From: a virus
Reading direction: 5' to 3' (one strand)
DNA length: 64,000 bases
Virus record (IMG/VR): IMGVR_UViG_3300046373_000092
Span: 18,066-82,065 of that record
Of this stretch, positions 29,729 through 38,819 are shown piece by piece; position 1 is the stretch's first letter, and each line of letters begins with the position of its first letter. The translations under genes and the position numbers were made by a program. Under the pieces are notes generated by a model that was given only the letters and a program-made list of their open reading frames with translations, did not search any database and was not told the origin of the DNA.

Positions 29729-30117
29729 TTCTTAGCCTTAACCTTAATACAGTAGCCATCCTGAAATATTACAGGTAAATCTCTATCTATCATTATGTCA
29801 TAAAAGCGTTTGTGCGTCAAGTTATCTTTTAATAATTGCACTCTATGCTCGTTACTGCCGCAAAGTATTAGGCTATGTCTAACGGGGCAAATTAAGCCGC
29901 TGGGAGACAGAAGTAGGGTGTTGGTAGCTAAGGTTAGGTTCGGGCTGCCAGATAGGCTAATGGTGAAATTACTGGAATATAGGGGGATGATGGATTTTAC
30001 TGTCGCCTCAGTAATTGTATTGTCTTCGTCCAAAACATTAATTTTGTCGCCAATGCTTATTTTAGTAATAGAGGTAGCCACTTTGTTTTTCCAAACTACA
30101 TAATTACTTAATATCAT
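29725..30117 (-). CDS. Degenerate stand-alone Hint-fold-like protein
   Basis: 'ITKISIGDKI...ATVKSI...FTISLSG..LTLATNTLLL...FYDIMID..VIFQDG'; catalytic Cys1 and His absent. Confidence 0.4.
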   Translation of the reverse strand: MILSNYVVWKNKVATSITKISIGDKINVLDEDNTITEATVKSIIPLYSSNFTISLSGSPNLTLATNTLLLSPSGLICPVRHSLILCGSNEHRVQLLKDNLTHKRFYDIMIDRDLPVIFQDGYCIKVKAKK

Positions 30118-30289
30118 AAAGTGCCTGGATTATTTTAGACTTTACAGACTTTTCGTTTACAAACTTAGGATTAGCCATAAATCCATTTTGCCAGTAATCT
30201 GCAGAGTAGTCTAAGCTGAAGTTTAGAAATATATGCATGCGCACAGTTTCGAGGCTATCAAAAAATATCCCACGAGTTGAGCGTTTCAT
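30104..30289 (-). CDS. SxxxxEL family member
   Basis: MKRST...VNEKSVKSKIIQALYDIK. Confidence 0.65.
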   Translation of the reverse strand: MKRSTRGIFFDSLETVRMHIFLNFSLDYSADYWQNGFMANPKFVNEKSVKSKIIQALYDIK

Positions 30290-30492
30290 TTTAGCAGACC
30301 CTCAATAACAGAACTCCGGAAAACTCTAACATCTATTGCGGTATCATGGGTGGAATAGGGATCGTAAACTTCACGAAGAGGCACGAATTCAGATATCTCG
30401 TGTTCTAAATAATCTCTATCCTTTAAATATCTATAAATAAAACTTTCCTCGTTATCTACCCAAAAATATTTATTATCGAGAATACGTTTCAT
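30286..30492 (-). CDS. SxxxxEL family member
   Basis: MKRILDNKYF...IDVRVFRSSVIEGLLK. Confidence 0.65.
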   Translation of the reverse strand: MKRILDNKYFWVDNEESFIYRYLKDRDYLEHEISEFVPLREVYDPYSTHDTAIDVRVFRSSVIEGLLK

Positions 30493-30668
30493 TTTACAAT
30501 TCCTATAGTAGGAAACAGTTCTTGTATCAGGGCAGAATTAATAGTGTTTTGACAAGCTAAAAATATATCTTCGGGATAGAGAGGTAAACTGAAATCATAC
30601 CTAGGATGCCCGCCAGTAATGAGTACTTCATCTGAAAAAAATGTTTTGTATACTAGATAATATTTCAT
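30489..30668 (-). CDS. SxxxxEL family member (59 aa, not in the track)
   Basis: MKYYLVYK...ACQNTINSALIQELFPTIGIVK; ATGA overlaps at both ends. Confidence 0.65.
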   Translation of the reverse strand: MKYYLVYKTFFSDEVLITGGHPRYDFSLPLYPEDIFLACQNTINSALIQELFPTIGIVK

Positions 30669-31297
30669 GATCTTTTGAATCTCTCAGAATGCCAAAGTTT
30701 AACGTCTAACTCCAGTCTAGTTAAAGTATCGTCATTGTTAATAATAACGTCATAGTCTTTATCTTCCCCTATAGACAGTTCAGAGACGTGTCCCGACCCT
30801 TCGTATCCTGCACGCTTAATTCTGATCAGAGTAGCCCCTAGAGACTTTAGCGCGGCTCTTTCGTTGGGAAATCTAGCGTCAGTAATTACAATGTGCCCTT
30901 CCGTTTTTTTAACAACGTCTAGCGCCAAGTTAACAAGAAAGTCTTCGGCGATACAGTTACGTAACAGCTCTGTTCCGATAAACTGCAGTATCTCTCGGGG
31001 GGTGTTAAAAAACTTGTCTCTGCCATGCTGCATTAGTAGCTGGGTCTGCATTTCGTCAGCATTAACTAACTTAGCCAAAATCTCCACATTTTCAATTCTC
31101 ATAATTACTGGAGAATTAAAGCTAAGGTCTTTAAGCGCATCATCTGTAAAATGGATTAGGGGGAGCTGCATACACTCGGCAGAAAGCTTACGCAGAGGAT
31201 CTGCAAAGGCTACTCTTTGATAATTGAAGTGACGTTTTAATATATCAGCGACGACATCTTTACCTGAGCGTTTAGGAGCAGAGAGTACGATAATCAT
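30665..31297 (-). CDS. Deoxynucleoside monophosphate kinase (T4 gp1-like)
   Basis: P-loop 'APKRSGKD', 'AFADPLR', 'PREILQFIGTE', 'ITDARFPNE'. Confidence 0.85.
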   Translation of the reverse strand: MIIVLSAPKRSGKDVVADILKRHFNYQRVAFADPLRKLSAECMQLPLIHFTDDALKDLSFNSPVIMRIENVEILAKLVNADEMQTQLLMQHGRDKFFNTPREILQFIGTELLRNCIAEDFLVNLALDVVKKTEGHIVITDARFPNERAALKSLGATLIRIKRAGYEGSGHVSELSIGEDKDYDVIINNDDTLTRLELDVKLWHSERFKRS

Positions 31298-31476
31298 AAG
31301 TATAATTCCTTTAGTAGTTGTGATTTGAAGATTTTATTATTAAGAATAACCGACCCGTGAAACGGGTTTTTGCAGAAAGAGTAGGGCATATTCCTATAGA
31401 TAGATGATGCAATTGCATCACTTAAATAGAGGAATGCGTAGTAGTCGAACTGGGATTTGTTTTTTCCGCTAATCAT
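31294..31476 (-). CDS. SxxxxEL family member
   Basis: MISGKNK...LNNKIFKSQLLKELYL. Confidence 0.7.
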   Translation of the reverse strand: MISGKNKSQFDYYAFLYLSDAIASSIYRNMPYSFCKNPFHGSVILNNKIFKSQLLKELYL

Positions 31477-31658
31477 GACAATAGCTCCTTCATAATTGAG
31501 GATTGGAATACGTCAATTAGAGTTATTCTCCAATTTCTAGCCTTAGCAATATCCGGAGTGTGTATGCACAAATCTAAATTTCTAGTTGCAGCTTTTAAGT
31601 CTGAGTACGTTAGGGGGCTATCGGAGCTATACCCCCTCTTAGTATTATCTATCGCCAC
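31473..31658 (-). CDS. SxxxxEL family member (MAIDN)
   Basis: GTG start; ...TLIDVFQSSIMKELLS. Confidence 0.7.
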   Translation of the reverse strand: MAIDNTKRGYSSDSPLTYSDLKAATRNLDLCIHTPDIAKARNWRITLIDVFQSSIMKELLS

Positions 31659-31851
31659 GAAATAGCTCCTGGATAATCTTAGATTCAAGCATGTCGTATA
31701 GCCAAATACTGAATCCGTATTCTTCTGCCATTAAAGAGTCGTGTCTTTGATGTATCCCATACCTCGAACTGTCCAAAGCTCTTTTAAAAACATCCATTGA
31801 ACCGCGCTTAAATCTATAGGTGTAGCCTAGTTTGTTTTTATTTATTGCCAT
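31645..31851 (-). CDS. SxxxxEL family member (MAINK)
   Basis: ...WLYDMLESKIIQELFRGDR. Confidence 0.7.
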   Translation of the reverse strand: MAINKNKLGYTYRFKRGSMDVFKRALDSSRYGIHQRHDSLMAEEYGFSIWLYDMLESKIIQELFRGDR

Positions 31852-32050
31852 TAGATGCCTCAAATAATTCTAAAAATATCTCAGATTGAAAGTATTCATT
31901 GCGAACAAAATATCCATATTGCCCTCCCGTATTCGGAGTGTGACACCCATCAAATGGATTATCGGAATACTCGAGATAATCAGAGTAGAAATCTTTAGTC
32001 TCAGAGAAATTATAAAATCTACAGCCCAGCAAGTCTTTTCTTGTCGCCAT
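31838..32050 (-). CDS. SxxxxEL family member
   Basis: ...VRNEYFQSEIFLELFE. Confidence 0.7.
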   Translation of the reverse strand: MATRKDLLGCRFYNFSETKDFYSDYLEYSDNPFDGCHTPNTGGQYGYFVRNEYFQSEIFLELFEASNGNK

Positions 32051-32051
32051 A

Positions 32052-32228
32052 CTAGTCCTTAAATAAAGCTATGAATAATTCTGAGTTGAGTGTTTCATTG
32101 CAAAAAAATCGGTCTTTGTTTATAATCCCAGGGTCACTCGACAGCCATCGACCGTAAGAGCTTCCGACATAATTCTTTAGACAGTACGGCAGTACCGCAA
32201 ACTTACTAAATACAAATCCTTGCTTCAT
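32052..32228 (-). CDS. SxxxxEL family member (58 aa, not in the track)
   Basis: MKQGFVF...FCNETLNSELFIALFKD. Confidence 0.65.
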   Translation of the reverse strand: MKQGFVFSKFAVLPYCLKNYVGSSYGRWLSSDPGIINKDRFFCNETLNSELFIALFKD

Positions 32229-32569
32229 TTTTTACTCGATACAGTGGCGACGTAATCTAAAACATTGCGGGTCCAATTTCCAATTTCGAAGTAATGTTCC
32301 TCTAGCAGTTCAAAGATTAATTCTTCCATCTGTGCAGCAGTAATGTTGGCAGAGGTTGTTCCAGAAGATTCCACCATAGCGTGTCCAATTTCATGCATTA
32401 CCAATCCGAACTTAACTCTATCCGTGCAAAAGTAAATTTCACGTTCCTCGGGATACGTTATTGCCGCACTGTCTGAGCCATGTTTACGCTTATACAAAGC
32501 AGGAGACTGGACAAATATCTTCCAGTCAAGTCCTTTAATGTTAATTGTCATATATTGTTTTTTAGTCAT
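32225..32569 (-). CDS. HExxH zinc metallopeptidase-like protein
   Basis: 'VMHEIGHAM...MEE'. Confidence 0.6.
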   Translation of the reverse strand: MTKKQYMTINIKGLDWKIFVQSPALYKRKHGSDSAAITYPEEREIYFCTDRVKFGLVMHEIGHAMVESSGTTSANITAAQMEELIFELLEEHYFEIGNWTRNVLDYVATVSSKK

Positions 32570-32582
32570 AACGTCCTCAGTA

Positions 32583-32612
32583 ATTGTAGCACAGTGTCAT
32601 TGCTAATTGCAA
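32583..32612 (-). promoter_or_regulatory. Sigma70-type promoter
   Basis: TTGCAA-18-TACAAT with extended TG. Confidence 0.5.
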
Positions 32613-32776
32613 CAAAGTTCTTGAATAAGTTCTGATTTAATACAAGACTCAGATAGTGCATATTTCCAATGATGCTTCACAAAGTGGAAGTCATATTGGT
32701 ATTCCAACCCATTAATGAGGGGTAGTTCATATAAAATATCGTCCACTCCAATATACAATCTCTTTTTGTCTATCAC
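32603..32776 (-). CDS. SxxxxEL family member (57 aa, not in the track)
   Basis: MIDKKRLY...LSESCIKSELIQELCCN; GTGA overlap with the exonuclease gene. Confidence 0.65.
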   Translation of the reverse strand: MIDKKRLYIGVDDILYELPLINGLEYQYDFHFVKHHWKYALSESCIKSELIQELCCN

Positions 32777-33708
32777 TTTAGCAATGCCTTACGTTTTGAT
32801 TTCGCTAATAGGTTAACATTATCCTTAAACTCTTTCTGACAGTTAGTGCAAACATAACGCTGGAACTTCCCAGAGTTGCTGTAGATAAAGCCCTTCGACT
32901 TGAACTCTTCATTGCCGCAAGTACAACGTTCTTTCGCATCATCTGAAGAAAAGATGTTAAACTGGATAGTCTTGTCCCATGGGGCTAGTACAAAGTAGAG
33001 TTCTTCCAAAGATAGGATATCAAACTTGTTGTATCTCTCCATTGATTTCCAAGCCTTCAGATTACCCTTCAAACACTCTCTCCAAAGTGAGAATCCCGGG
33101 AAGTCACTATGATCTTGCTTCTTGTATTTGGTGCAAAGTTTATCGGTCATATAGGCTAGTTTATTACTAGTGAAGCCGAAATGTTTTTTTGCAATGCGAA
33201 GTGTATCAATATTTCTAAAACTAGTTACAGGAGGCATGCCGTTAAGAATAAAACGAGCGTTGAGTTTCTTAATGTCAAACTTGATACCATTTTGAGTAAG
33301 CAGGATATCCGCCTCGTCCATTAAACTGTGGATAGTTTTTAGTAGCTTGAGGTCATTTCTGGGATCTTTCTCATCCCTGTTATCAGCATAGAATATCTCA
33401 TTTTCGGGAGAGCCTAGCCACTTTGCTGAGAAGCTGGCAATCGACCAATCCACTTTAACCATCTCCAATCCAATGTTCTGGTCAAATAACCCCCAAGTGT
33501 AGCACTCAAGAGGAAAAGTCTCAATGTCCACTACAAGTACCTTAGCGCCCTGTGTAACGCTATTAGCCGTCTCTAAATGTCTATAGTAGGTCTTGCGTAA
33601 TGCATTAGCAGAATATCCCGAAAAATGATCGGTGAGCTGCTTCCACGTCAATTTATCGTTATCCCTTAAATTGATTAGTTCCATTACTTTGTCTAGTGAT
33701 AAGCTCAT
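32773..33708 (-). CDS. RNase H-like (DEDD, YprB/RNase_H_2-type) 3'-5' exonuclease with C-terminal Zn ribbon
   Basis: 'VDIET', 'QNGIKFDIK', 'IDTL', 'YNKFDI'; CxC...CxxC. Confidence 0.8.
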   Translation of the reverse strand: MSLSLDKVMELINLRDNDKLTWKQLTDHFSGYSANALRKTYYRHLETANSVTQGAKVLVVDIETFPLECYTWGLFDQNIGLEMVKVDWSIASFSAKWLGSPENEIFYADNRDEKDPRNDLKLLKTIHSLMDEADILLTQNGIKFDIKKLNARFILNGMPPVTSFRNIDTLRIAKKHFGFTSNKLAYMTDKLCTKYKKQDHSDFPGFSLWRECLKGNLKAWKSMERYNKFDILSLEELYFVLAPWDKTIQFNIFSSDDAKERCTCGNEEFKSKGFIYSNSGKFQRYVCTNCQKEFKDNVNLLAKSKRKALLK

Positions 33709-33711
33709 TAA

Positions 33712-34056
33712 TTACTCCTGTAATTCCCATTCGTTATGGATTGTGCATATTTCTTTGGGAACATATTCCATTTTTCCCATATATCTAAATTTGTTAAATA
33801 CTCTTTTCGGATTAGTATCATATTCGCCAATTATTAAATAACAATCGCTGTCAGCAGCAGAATCTACTAAATAAGTTTTGCCGAACATTTCATTTTTAAC
33901 ACGGTCATAGCGGAGGGCGACAAGCGCCTCCGGTTTAATTTTATCGTAGACATCTTGACTGATTACCAACTCTCCGCTATCTCCGATATAACTGTTTGGA
34001 AAAAGATTCAATGCGTCACGAAGGGTGGCAACTGTTATTTTTCTTAGCTTAGGCAT
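33712..34056 (-). CDS. Hypothetical protein
   Basis: SD supplied by the upstream family member. Confidence 0.55.
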   Translation of the reverse strand: MPKLRKITVATLRDALNLFPNSYIGDSGELVISQDVYDKIKPEALVALRYDRVKNEMFGKTYLVDSAADSDCYLIIGEYDTNPKRVFNKFRYMGKMEYVPKEICTIHNEWELQE

Positions 34057-34232
34057 AATTCCCTCACAATTTCAGAATAGAAAACATCTACGTCTATATA
34101 AATACCAACAATTCTCTTATAAGAATAAGAATTACCCCAAGTACACTGCTTTACAGGCTTGTAGCTAGCTATACTGATTATAGAAGCGCCAGTAGAAACG
34201 GCAACGTAATATTTATCGTCAAATCTCTTCAT
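34044..34232 (-). CDS. SxxxxEL family member
   Basis: MKRFDDKYY...IDVDVFYSEIVRELCLS. Confidence 0.7.
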   Translation of the reverse strand: MKRFDDKYYVAVSTGASIISIASYKPVKQCTWGNSYSYKRIVGIYIDVDVFYSEIVRELCLS

Positions 34233-34411
34233 TGAACCATTCCACTATCTGTTGATTCAGTAATCATTTTAAAATATAATGCTACAGACAGAGCTACTAT
34301 ATCCGTAAGTACTTCGCGCTGCTCTAAGTCCATACTAACTACTTCTAATTTATCGGCTACGATAGTAACAATTTCTGCAACAATGTCTGAGTTAAGTGAG
34401 TATGTTTTCAT
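34229..34411 (-). CDS. Hypothetical protein
   Basis: AAGGA SD; coupled. Confidence 0.55.
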   Translation of the reverse strand: MKTYSLNSDIVAEIVTIVADKLEVVSMDLEQREVLTDIVALSVALYFKMITESTDSGMVQ

Positions 34412-34813
34412 TTATTCCTTAATTTTACGAGTATGGATTTCTCTGCAAACTTCTATAGTGGCTGAGTGAGTTCTGACATAATCAATTTTACTGATTTCGT
34501 TACAGTTTAAAGTTCCTGATCCATTTGGAAATTGAAATGATAATAATCTACTATATCTCAACTCCTCAACATAATTTCTAACTGTATAATGATCGTAGTC
34601 GTATATATTCTTATCCTCATAAGAAATATTAGGAAGTAATTGTTTAGTAAGTCTCTCTGAAAATGGAACCGTGATTACATCCCCATTTTTAGTAGTAATG
34701 GTTACAACATACTCTCCAATAGTAACGTCACGTTTATTAGTCTGTTCGATTTCCCAAACATATTCAGCAGGAGTTTTTTTGAATCCAAAGAATGCTAAAA
34801 TTTTATCTTTCAT
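34412..34813 (-). CDS. Hypothetical protein (start revised to MKDK)
   Basis: GAGG SD and TAATG coupling. Confidence 0.55.
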   Translation of the reverse strand: MKDKILAFFGFKKTPAEYVWEIEQTNKRDVTIGEYVVTITTKNGDVITVPFSERLTKQLLPNISYEDKNIYDYDHYTVRNYVEELRYSRLLSFQFPNGSGTLNCNEISKIDYVRTHSATIEVCREIHTRKIKE

Positions 34814-35004
34814 TATTTCCTCATGTCTAAAGTTACGCGACAAGCTAGTAGCAAATCTGCCATATGAGAGGCGTCGTCCACAGCCTTGGCGGAGTATCGG
34901 TTCATTACTACAAGTCTTTCGCTGTAATATTTCGTAGCAAGGGTTCCTCCGCAGACCACTCCAGTAAACAATACTAGTGTGTATACAATAATTTTTATGA
35001 GCAT
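34813..35004 (-). CDS. Small membrane-anchored protein
   Basis: GGAGG SD; N-terminal TM. Confidence 0.55.
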   Translation of the reverse strand: MLIKIIVYTLVLFTGVVCGGTLATKYYSERLVVMNRYSAKAVDDASHMADLLLACRVTLDMRK

Positions 35005-35029
35005 GATTCCTCCAAGAAAGCTTAGTATA

Positions 35030-35269
35030 TTATAACACAGTTAGTCGTGTTTTGCAATGGAATTTTAAAATGTCAACATTTATTTTATCAATTCTTACTT
35101 CATAAAGTCCGGAGTATAAATGCCACTTAGTAGAGCCATCCAACTTAAATGTGAATGGTATATTTAATTCATTTAGTCTATTTTCACCAATCACTATATA
35201 CTCTATAGTAGTTCCGGGATGAAATAGTGCGTCCACTTCCAACATTGCAAGTCTAATCCACGGCGACAT
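35030..35269 (-). CDS. Hypothetical protein
   Basis: Starts immediately after the polymerase stop. Confidence 0.45.
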   Translation of the reverse strand: MSPWIRLAMLEVDALFHPGTTIEYIVIGENRLNELNIPFTFKLDGSTKWHLYSGLYEVRIDKINVDILKFHCKTRLTVL

Positions 35270-35270
35270 A

Positions 35271-37568
35271 TTATTTTCCCTCTCTTAAATTATAAGCTAC
35301 TGTCGGCTCCGCAATTAACGGCATCAGTAGTGTGTTTGTATTCTCCATACAGTCTTTAACAATTTCGCAAGATCTATCTAATTCTTGTTTATTAGCAGTA
35401 GCTACCCATTCGTCGTGAACCTGCAAACTTAACCAAGCGTCCGTCCCCTCTTCCAGAAACTTCTTAGCCATAGCTATTCCGGCTCTGTTTACTAAACTGG
35501 CAGCGGCAGATTGAATCGGGAAGTTAAGGGCGTTATTTAATAGACCGTTGTAAGTCTTGCTAATGTCTTTAGCTTCTTGATATGTTATGCCGTGACGTTT
35601 TGCGATTAGCCCAAGTTTTTTGTAGTCGAGGATGCCGTCGCCGTAAGTGTCGTATATTTCTTTCACTCTCGGTAAATGGCGGACACGTCCAAACTTACTA
35701 GTTACTTTCCCAGTGGTCTTGGCTTCACGTAAATACTGGTCCATCTTCTTCTTCAGTCCGGGGAAAGCTTTAAAATAGTTATCAATAATGACCTGAGCCT
35801 CCTCCATACTGATGTTGAGAGTCTTGGATAGTTTCCCAGCCTTCATTCCATAGCGAATTCCCAAAGCATAAGCCTTGGCATCTTGACGCTTTTTTGGAAA
35901 CAACTTCTTCAAAAAGTTAGCAGCCTTTTTATCAGCAGAGACCCCTTGAATATTTTCAGCATTAATCGCCACTACTGAGTACATGTCTAAGCTGTCTGTG
36001 AAGATTTTAATTAAAGCTTCGTCTCCAGCATCGTCAGCAAAGACTCTCGGCTCCAAAGATTCATAATCGTCATCAATGTAAGCGTAGCCCGGTTTAGGAA
36101 TTAGCAGTTCCCTAATAATATCGTTAAACTTCGCGATAGTTGGATGCTCTTCTTCCTCGTCTTCTTTCGGCTTCGGAAATTGTTGAGCATCCGATCCGTA
36201 GCGCCCAGAGGTAGTTCCGTGCTGTTTAAAGCTTGGATACCAGATGCCATCTTCTTGTTGATCAATCAGACGTTGGTAATAACTACTTTGTATTTTTGTA
36301 AGTTTATTAAATATTCTAAGTTGAGTTGCCCAGTCAAAGCCATATTTTTCGGCGATATGTTCAACCACTTTTTCGTCAAATTGATCTCCGCCGGTCTTTG
36401 TTTTCGAAAGAGAAGCAATTCCCATGTAATCAAAAACAATCCTTTTAAGATGATGTTTGGAGCTAATGTTGATGAAGTTTTCGGAGTCATCAGATTCTTT
36501 TAGTAGCTGTAGTTGTATTTCTCTTGTGACATACTCTGGAAGATCTTCTAGTCCCAATAGAAATTTAAGACCCGCACCTCCCCTCGGAAGTATATCAGAG
36601 TTAAGGCTTTCTAAATTTTTTTTAGTGATGCTAAATTTACCGGCAGCAGTTCGAGGTAGTGGCAAATCATAATATGTTGCAACTTTCTGAGCAAAACCTC
36701 CACTATTTTTGGGAGCAAATTCTTGTTCAAGTCGTTCCTGAACAAATCTCTGCCCTGCCGGAGTAGCCATCAAAGCATCAATTACTATTTTTTCGTAGTT
36801 TGCCAATTCAATAGTTATTTCTGCATTTGCCTTTAGTAGTTTTGGCATGTCGAGGTATACCCCTCGGTGCTCCATCTTCACCGTGCAATATTTATATAGC
36901 GGCATAACCTCATCTTCGTAAAAAAAGCCGTGTAAACTTTCAACGTGCAGTCTAACTTCTAAAAACTTGAACAATCGAATAGTCATATCTACATCGGCAC
37001 AGCAGTAGTAGCCTATAAGCTCCATATCGCCTTTGTAGATGTCTTTCTGAGTCTTCAGCCATTTACCTCCGTTGCGTTTAACAGACTCCGCCAGTTCTAA
37101 TTGCTCCTGGTTAGAAGCGTCCTGTTCGTCGAGTCCAATCTCAACTTTGTATTTTTCTGCAAGGAACTTCAAACCAACGTTAGATTCCTCGTCTAGTGTG
37201 TGCTCCATTAGCTGAGTATCGGCGTGTAACGATCCGAGATAATTTACCTTTAAGTCATTCATGGTAATGCGAATATCGTAACTAGCGTTGTGCATTACAA
37301 GCTTTTTCGACTTCATAGCATCAAGCAGTAGTTTGTGATTAAAGGGCAGGGCGAAATCGACAAGAGTGTCAGTCTCGACATCAAATTTGAAGAGAGGATA
37401 GTAGTAACCCATGCCCTCTTGCCCAGTGAAGCCATACCCAATTACTGTGTCTTTGCGAACGTTTAGTCCAGTAGTCTCTGTATCATAGGCAATGAATTCA
37501 TGCGACTTAATGTGGTCCAAGGCTTCTTGAAAAAGTTCTGGAGTGTTAATAATCAAATAATTCTTCAT
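35271..37568 (-). CDS. polA: Family A DNA polymerase with 3'-5' exonuclease
   Basis: 'DTETTG', 'HNASYD', 'TTSGRYGS', motif A 'DYESLEPRV', motif B 'RQDAKAYALGIRYG', 'NFPIQS', motif C 'QVHDE'. Confidence 0.95.
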   Translation of the reverse strand: MKNYLIINTPELFQEALDHIKSHEFIAYDTETTGLNVRKDTVIGYGFTGQEGMGYYYPLFKFDVETDTLVDFALPFNHKLLLDAMKSKKLVMHNASYDIRITMNDLKVNYLGSLHADTQLMEHTLDEESNVGLKFLAEKYKVEIGLDEQDASNQEQLELAESVKRNGGKWLKTQKDIYKGDMELIGYYCCADVDMTIRLFKFLEVRLHVESLHGFFYEDEVMPLYKYCTVKMEHRGVYLDMPKLLKANAEITIELANYEKIVIDALMATPAGQRFVQERLEQEFAPKNSGGFAQKVATYYDLPLPRTAAGKFSITKKNLESLNSDILPRGGAGLKFLLGLEDLPEYVTREIQLQLLKESDDSENFINISSKHHLKRIVFDYMGIASLSKTKTGGDQFDEKVVEHIAEKYGFDWATQLRIFNKLTKIQSSYYQRLIDQQEDGIWYPSFKQHGTTSGRYGSDAQQFPKPKEDEEEEHPTIAKFNDIIRELLIPKPGYAYIDDDYESLEPRVFADDAGDEALIKIFTDSLDMYSVVAINAENIQGVSADKKAANFLKKLFPKKRQDAKAYALGIRYGMKAGKLSKTLNISMEEAQVIIDNYFKAFPGLKKKMDQYLREAKTTGKVTSKFGRVRHLPRVKEIYDTYGDGILDYKKLGLIAKRHGITYQEAKDISKTYNGLLNNALNFPIQSAAASLVNRAGIAMAKKFLEEGTDAWLSLQVHDEWVATANKQELDRSCEIVKDCMENTNTLLMPLIAEPTVAYNLREGK

Positions 37569-37743
37569 CTATTAATTCCTTAAAAACTTCAGACGTTATT
37601 GCTAAATATTTCACATAGTCATTATTTAAGAGGGTGTATGCAAAATTAGCGGAATCGCCTATGAACCAAGTTCCGGTTTCATCGCGATACCCAACTAGCT
37701 CTGAGCCGTCCTTATTTATCTTATATCCTTTCACAGTGCTCAT
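37546..37743 (-). CDS. SxxxxEL family member directly upstream of the polymerase
   Basis: ...YVKYLAITSEVFKELIDE; its AAGGAA is the polymerase SD. Confidence 0.65.
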   Translation of the reverse strand: MSTVKGYKINKDGSELVGYRDETGTWFIGDSANFAYTLLNNDYVKYLAITSEVFKELIDEELFDY

Positions 37744-38000
37744 GATGGACCCAAAGGCAAATCCTTTCTTCGAGGACGAGATTCAGCGTCCTGCGCTCTA
37801 GGGGCGGCAGACACTAGATAGCCGCTCTGAACTAACTCTTGTTCAAGTTCCTCGTGTAATAATGTGCGTTTATGAGGATTTTTTTCATACGCTACAAATT
37901 CTTTAACCTCACATACGAATTCAATAAACTCCACCCCAGCCATCATAGCCATAAAAAAAAGAACCGCGTATCCAACCCATTGAGCTATTTCATTTAACAT
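37740..38000 (-). CDS. Membrane-anchored hypothetical protein
   Basis: AGGAG SD; N-terminal TM. Confidence 0.55.
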   Translation of the reverse strand: MLNEIAQWVGYAVLFFMAMMAGVEFIEFVCEVKEFVAYEKNPHKRTLLHEELEQELVQSGYLVSAAPRAQDAESRPRRKDLPLGPS

Positions 38001-38155
38001 AAAATCTCCTGTAAGATTCTAGAATTATATGCTGAAGGTTTCAGGAATAGGGATTTGGGGCATTCGTAATCCCAATGCACCCCTAAAGCCCAATACTTAA
38101 TCCTACCTCGAAGAGACCAATAGTTTTCTGCCCAGCCAGACGTATCAATTTTCAT
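37994..38155 (-). CDS. SxxxxEL family member (53 aa, not in the track)
   Basis: MKIDTSGW...FLKPSAYNSRILQEILC. Confidence 0.65.
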   Translation of the reverse strand: MKIDTSGWAENYWSLRGRIKYWALGVHWDYECPKSLFLKPSAYNSRILQEILC

Positions 38156-38634
38156 TGTGCCAAATCCCCCTGCACTGAGAATAGTTCCTTCCAGTAATGT
38201 TTCACGTTACGCTGGTAATCAGAATCCTGCATTAAATTAGGATTCATAATACTGAACGGTGACTTATCCAAAAATTTCTCTTCTGTGTGCTTTCTGTGCA
38301 AAACAGCATGTCCCAATTCGTGCGCAATAGTATTCTCTCTTTGCGAAGCAGAAGACTTACTCCAAAGGAACTTGTTTATAAAAATAAATTTTTGATGTGT
38401 ACTGTAAGAGTCTGGAGCGCGTCCTTGCACATCTATAGGTAGTTTATCAGAAAAACGAATATATAGCAAGTAAAAAGGTTCAAACTTAACGTTTTGCGAT
38501 TTTGCCTCTTGCATAAATTTATCAACATATGGACGGAATTCATCTGAACAGATTACTCGGTTATGCATGTAAGCATAGGCTGCCACTAAAAAGAGGAGGT
38601 GTAGCGTGATGCTTGCGCAGGCTGTTCTAAACAT
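38152..38634 (-). CDS. Membrane-anchored metzincin-like metalloprotease
   Basis: 'HELGHAVLHRKH' with Met-turn 'SIMNP'; N-terminal TM. Confidence 0.75.
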   Translation of the reverse strand: MFRTACASITLHLLFLVAAYAYMHNRVICSDEFRPYVDKFMQEAKSQNVKFEPFYLLYIRFSDKLPIDVQGRAPDSYSTHQKFIFINKFLWSKSSASQRENTIAHELGHAVLHRKHTEEKFLDKSPFSIMNPNLMQDSDYQRNVKHYWKELFSVQGDLAQ

Positions 38635-38819
38635 AATAATTCCTTTATTACGGCAGTATATTTAAGGCGCTCAATCAGTGAAAGCTGTGTTAAAGTGATG
38701 GTATCTGAACCTTTACTTCCTGAAAATTGAAGGCAATGATAATTATTTCTGCAGTGTCTAGCGACTTCTCTGAAATCAAAATTGTATCTAAAAATTTCAA
38801 CTAAGTTTTTAAAGTTCAT
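38586..38819 (-). CDS. SxxxxEL family member (read-through tail)
   Basis: MNFKN...ERLKYTAVIKELLC; ATGA overlap with the HNH gene. Confidence 0.55.
   Translation of the reverse strand: MNFKNLVEIFRYNFDFREVARHCRNNYHCLQFSGSKGSDTITLTQLSLIERLKYTAVIKELLCLEQPAQASRYTSSF

Noticed and set aside
27700-32776. Integron cassette array or CRISPR array
   Set aside because: The units overlap each other, leaving no room for attC sites or identical repeats. Conservation is degenerate and codon-structured, and no integrase was recognised.
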